NCBI GenBank assembly: GCA_964016885.1
Contig: OZ024745.1
Coordinates: 102,176,001-102,240,000, forward strand
Direction: 5' to 3'
DNA from: Eledone cirrhosa
Lineage: Eukaryota
DNA length: 64,000 bases
Below the pieces are notes generated by a model, which was given only the letters and a program-made list of their open reading frames with translations, was not told where the DNA came from and searched no databases. This document shows positions 63,765-64,000 of the stretch, piece after piece. Position numbers and translations under genes: made by a program. Every line of letters begins with the position of its first letter. Within the stretch, counting starts at the first letter, position 1.

Positions 63765-64000
63765 TTAAAATATTAAAAGTAGATATTCTTAAATTGTTCT
63801 AAAATCTTGCCGATTTTGATCATTTTCAAAACCATTGAATTTTTTCACGTTTAGTCGTTTAATACGTATTGTTCTTCAAATATATTTATCACAGGAATTC
63901 TTTATGTATCTATATCTATACATATGAAAGTTACACAGCCCATCCATACCCACTCAACCATTAGTTCTTAGTAACCAATCCAGGCTTATCCCACCACTTT

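Overview
AT-rich, repeat-dominated animal genomic DNA with no intact host protein-coding gene that I can recognise. The SINE families (tRNA head, CORE/Ceph-like or Nin-like body, RTE tail), the RTE LINEs and the microsatellite load suggest a coleoid cephalopod, probably Octopus; this is an inference. Retroelements: two Penelope-like elements (GIY-YIG, inverted pseudo-LTR), at least three short Penelope-like ends between (TA)n tracts, a 3-kb RTE LINE whose RT carries a PHD-type zinc finger, further RTE fragments, a decayed Copia pol, one LTR with PPT, and many SINEs. DNA elements: decayed piggyBac and hAT relics, piggyBac/mariner/hAT MITEs, and Helitrons including a 50-bp one. There are also two CpG-containing minus-strand promoter/first-exon candidates and a few mostly non-coding exon candidates. 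The most striking unannotated signal is five type I hammerhead ribozyme motifs or half-motifs, all in Penelope-like ends beside (TA)n. One (61908-61975, minus) has a fully intact catalytic core, and two have stem II geometry that also resembles a SECIS (AUGAN-12 nt-AAA...UGAA). All coordinates were counted and all structures folded by eye.
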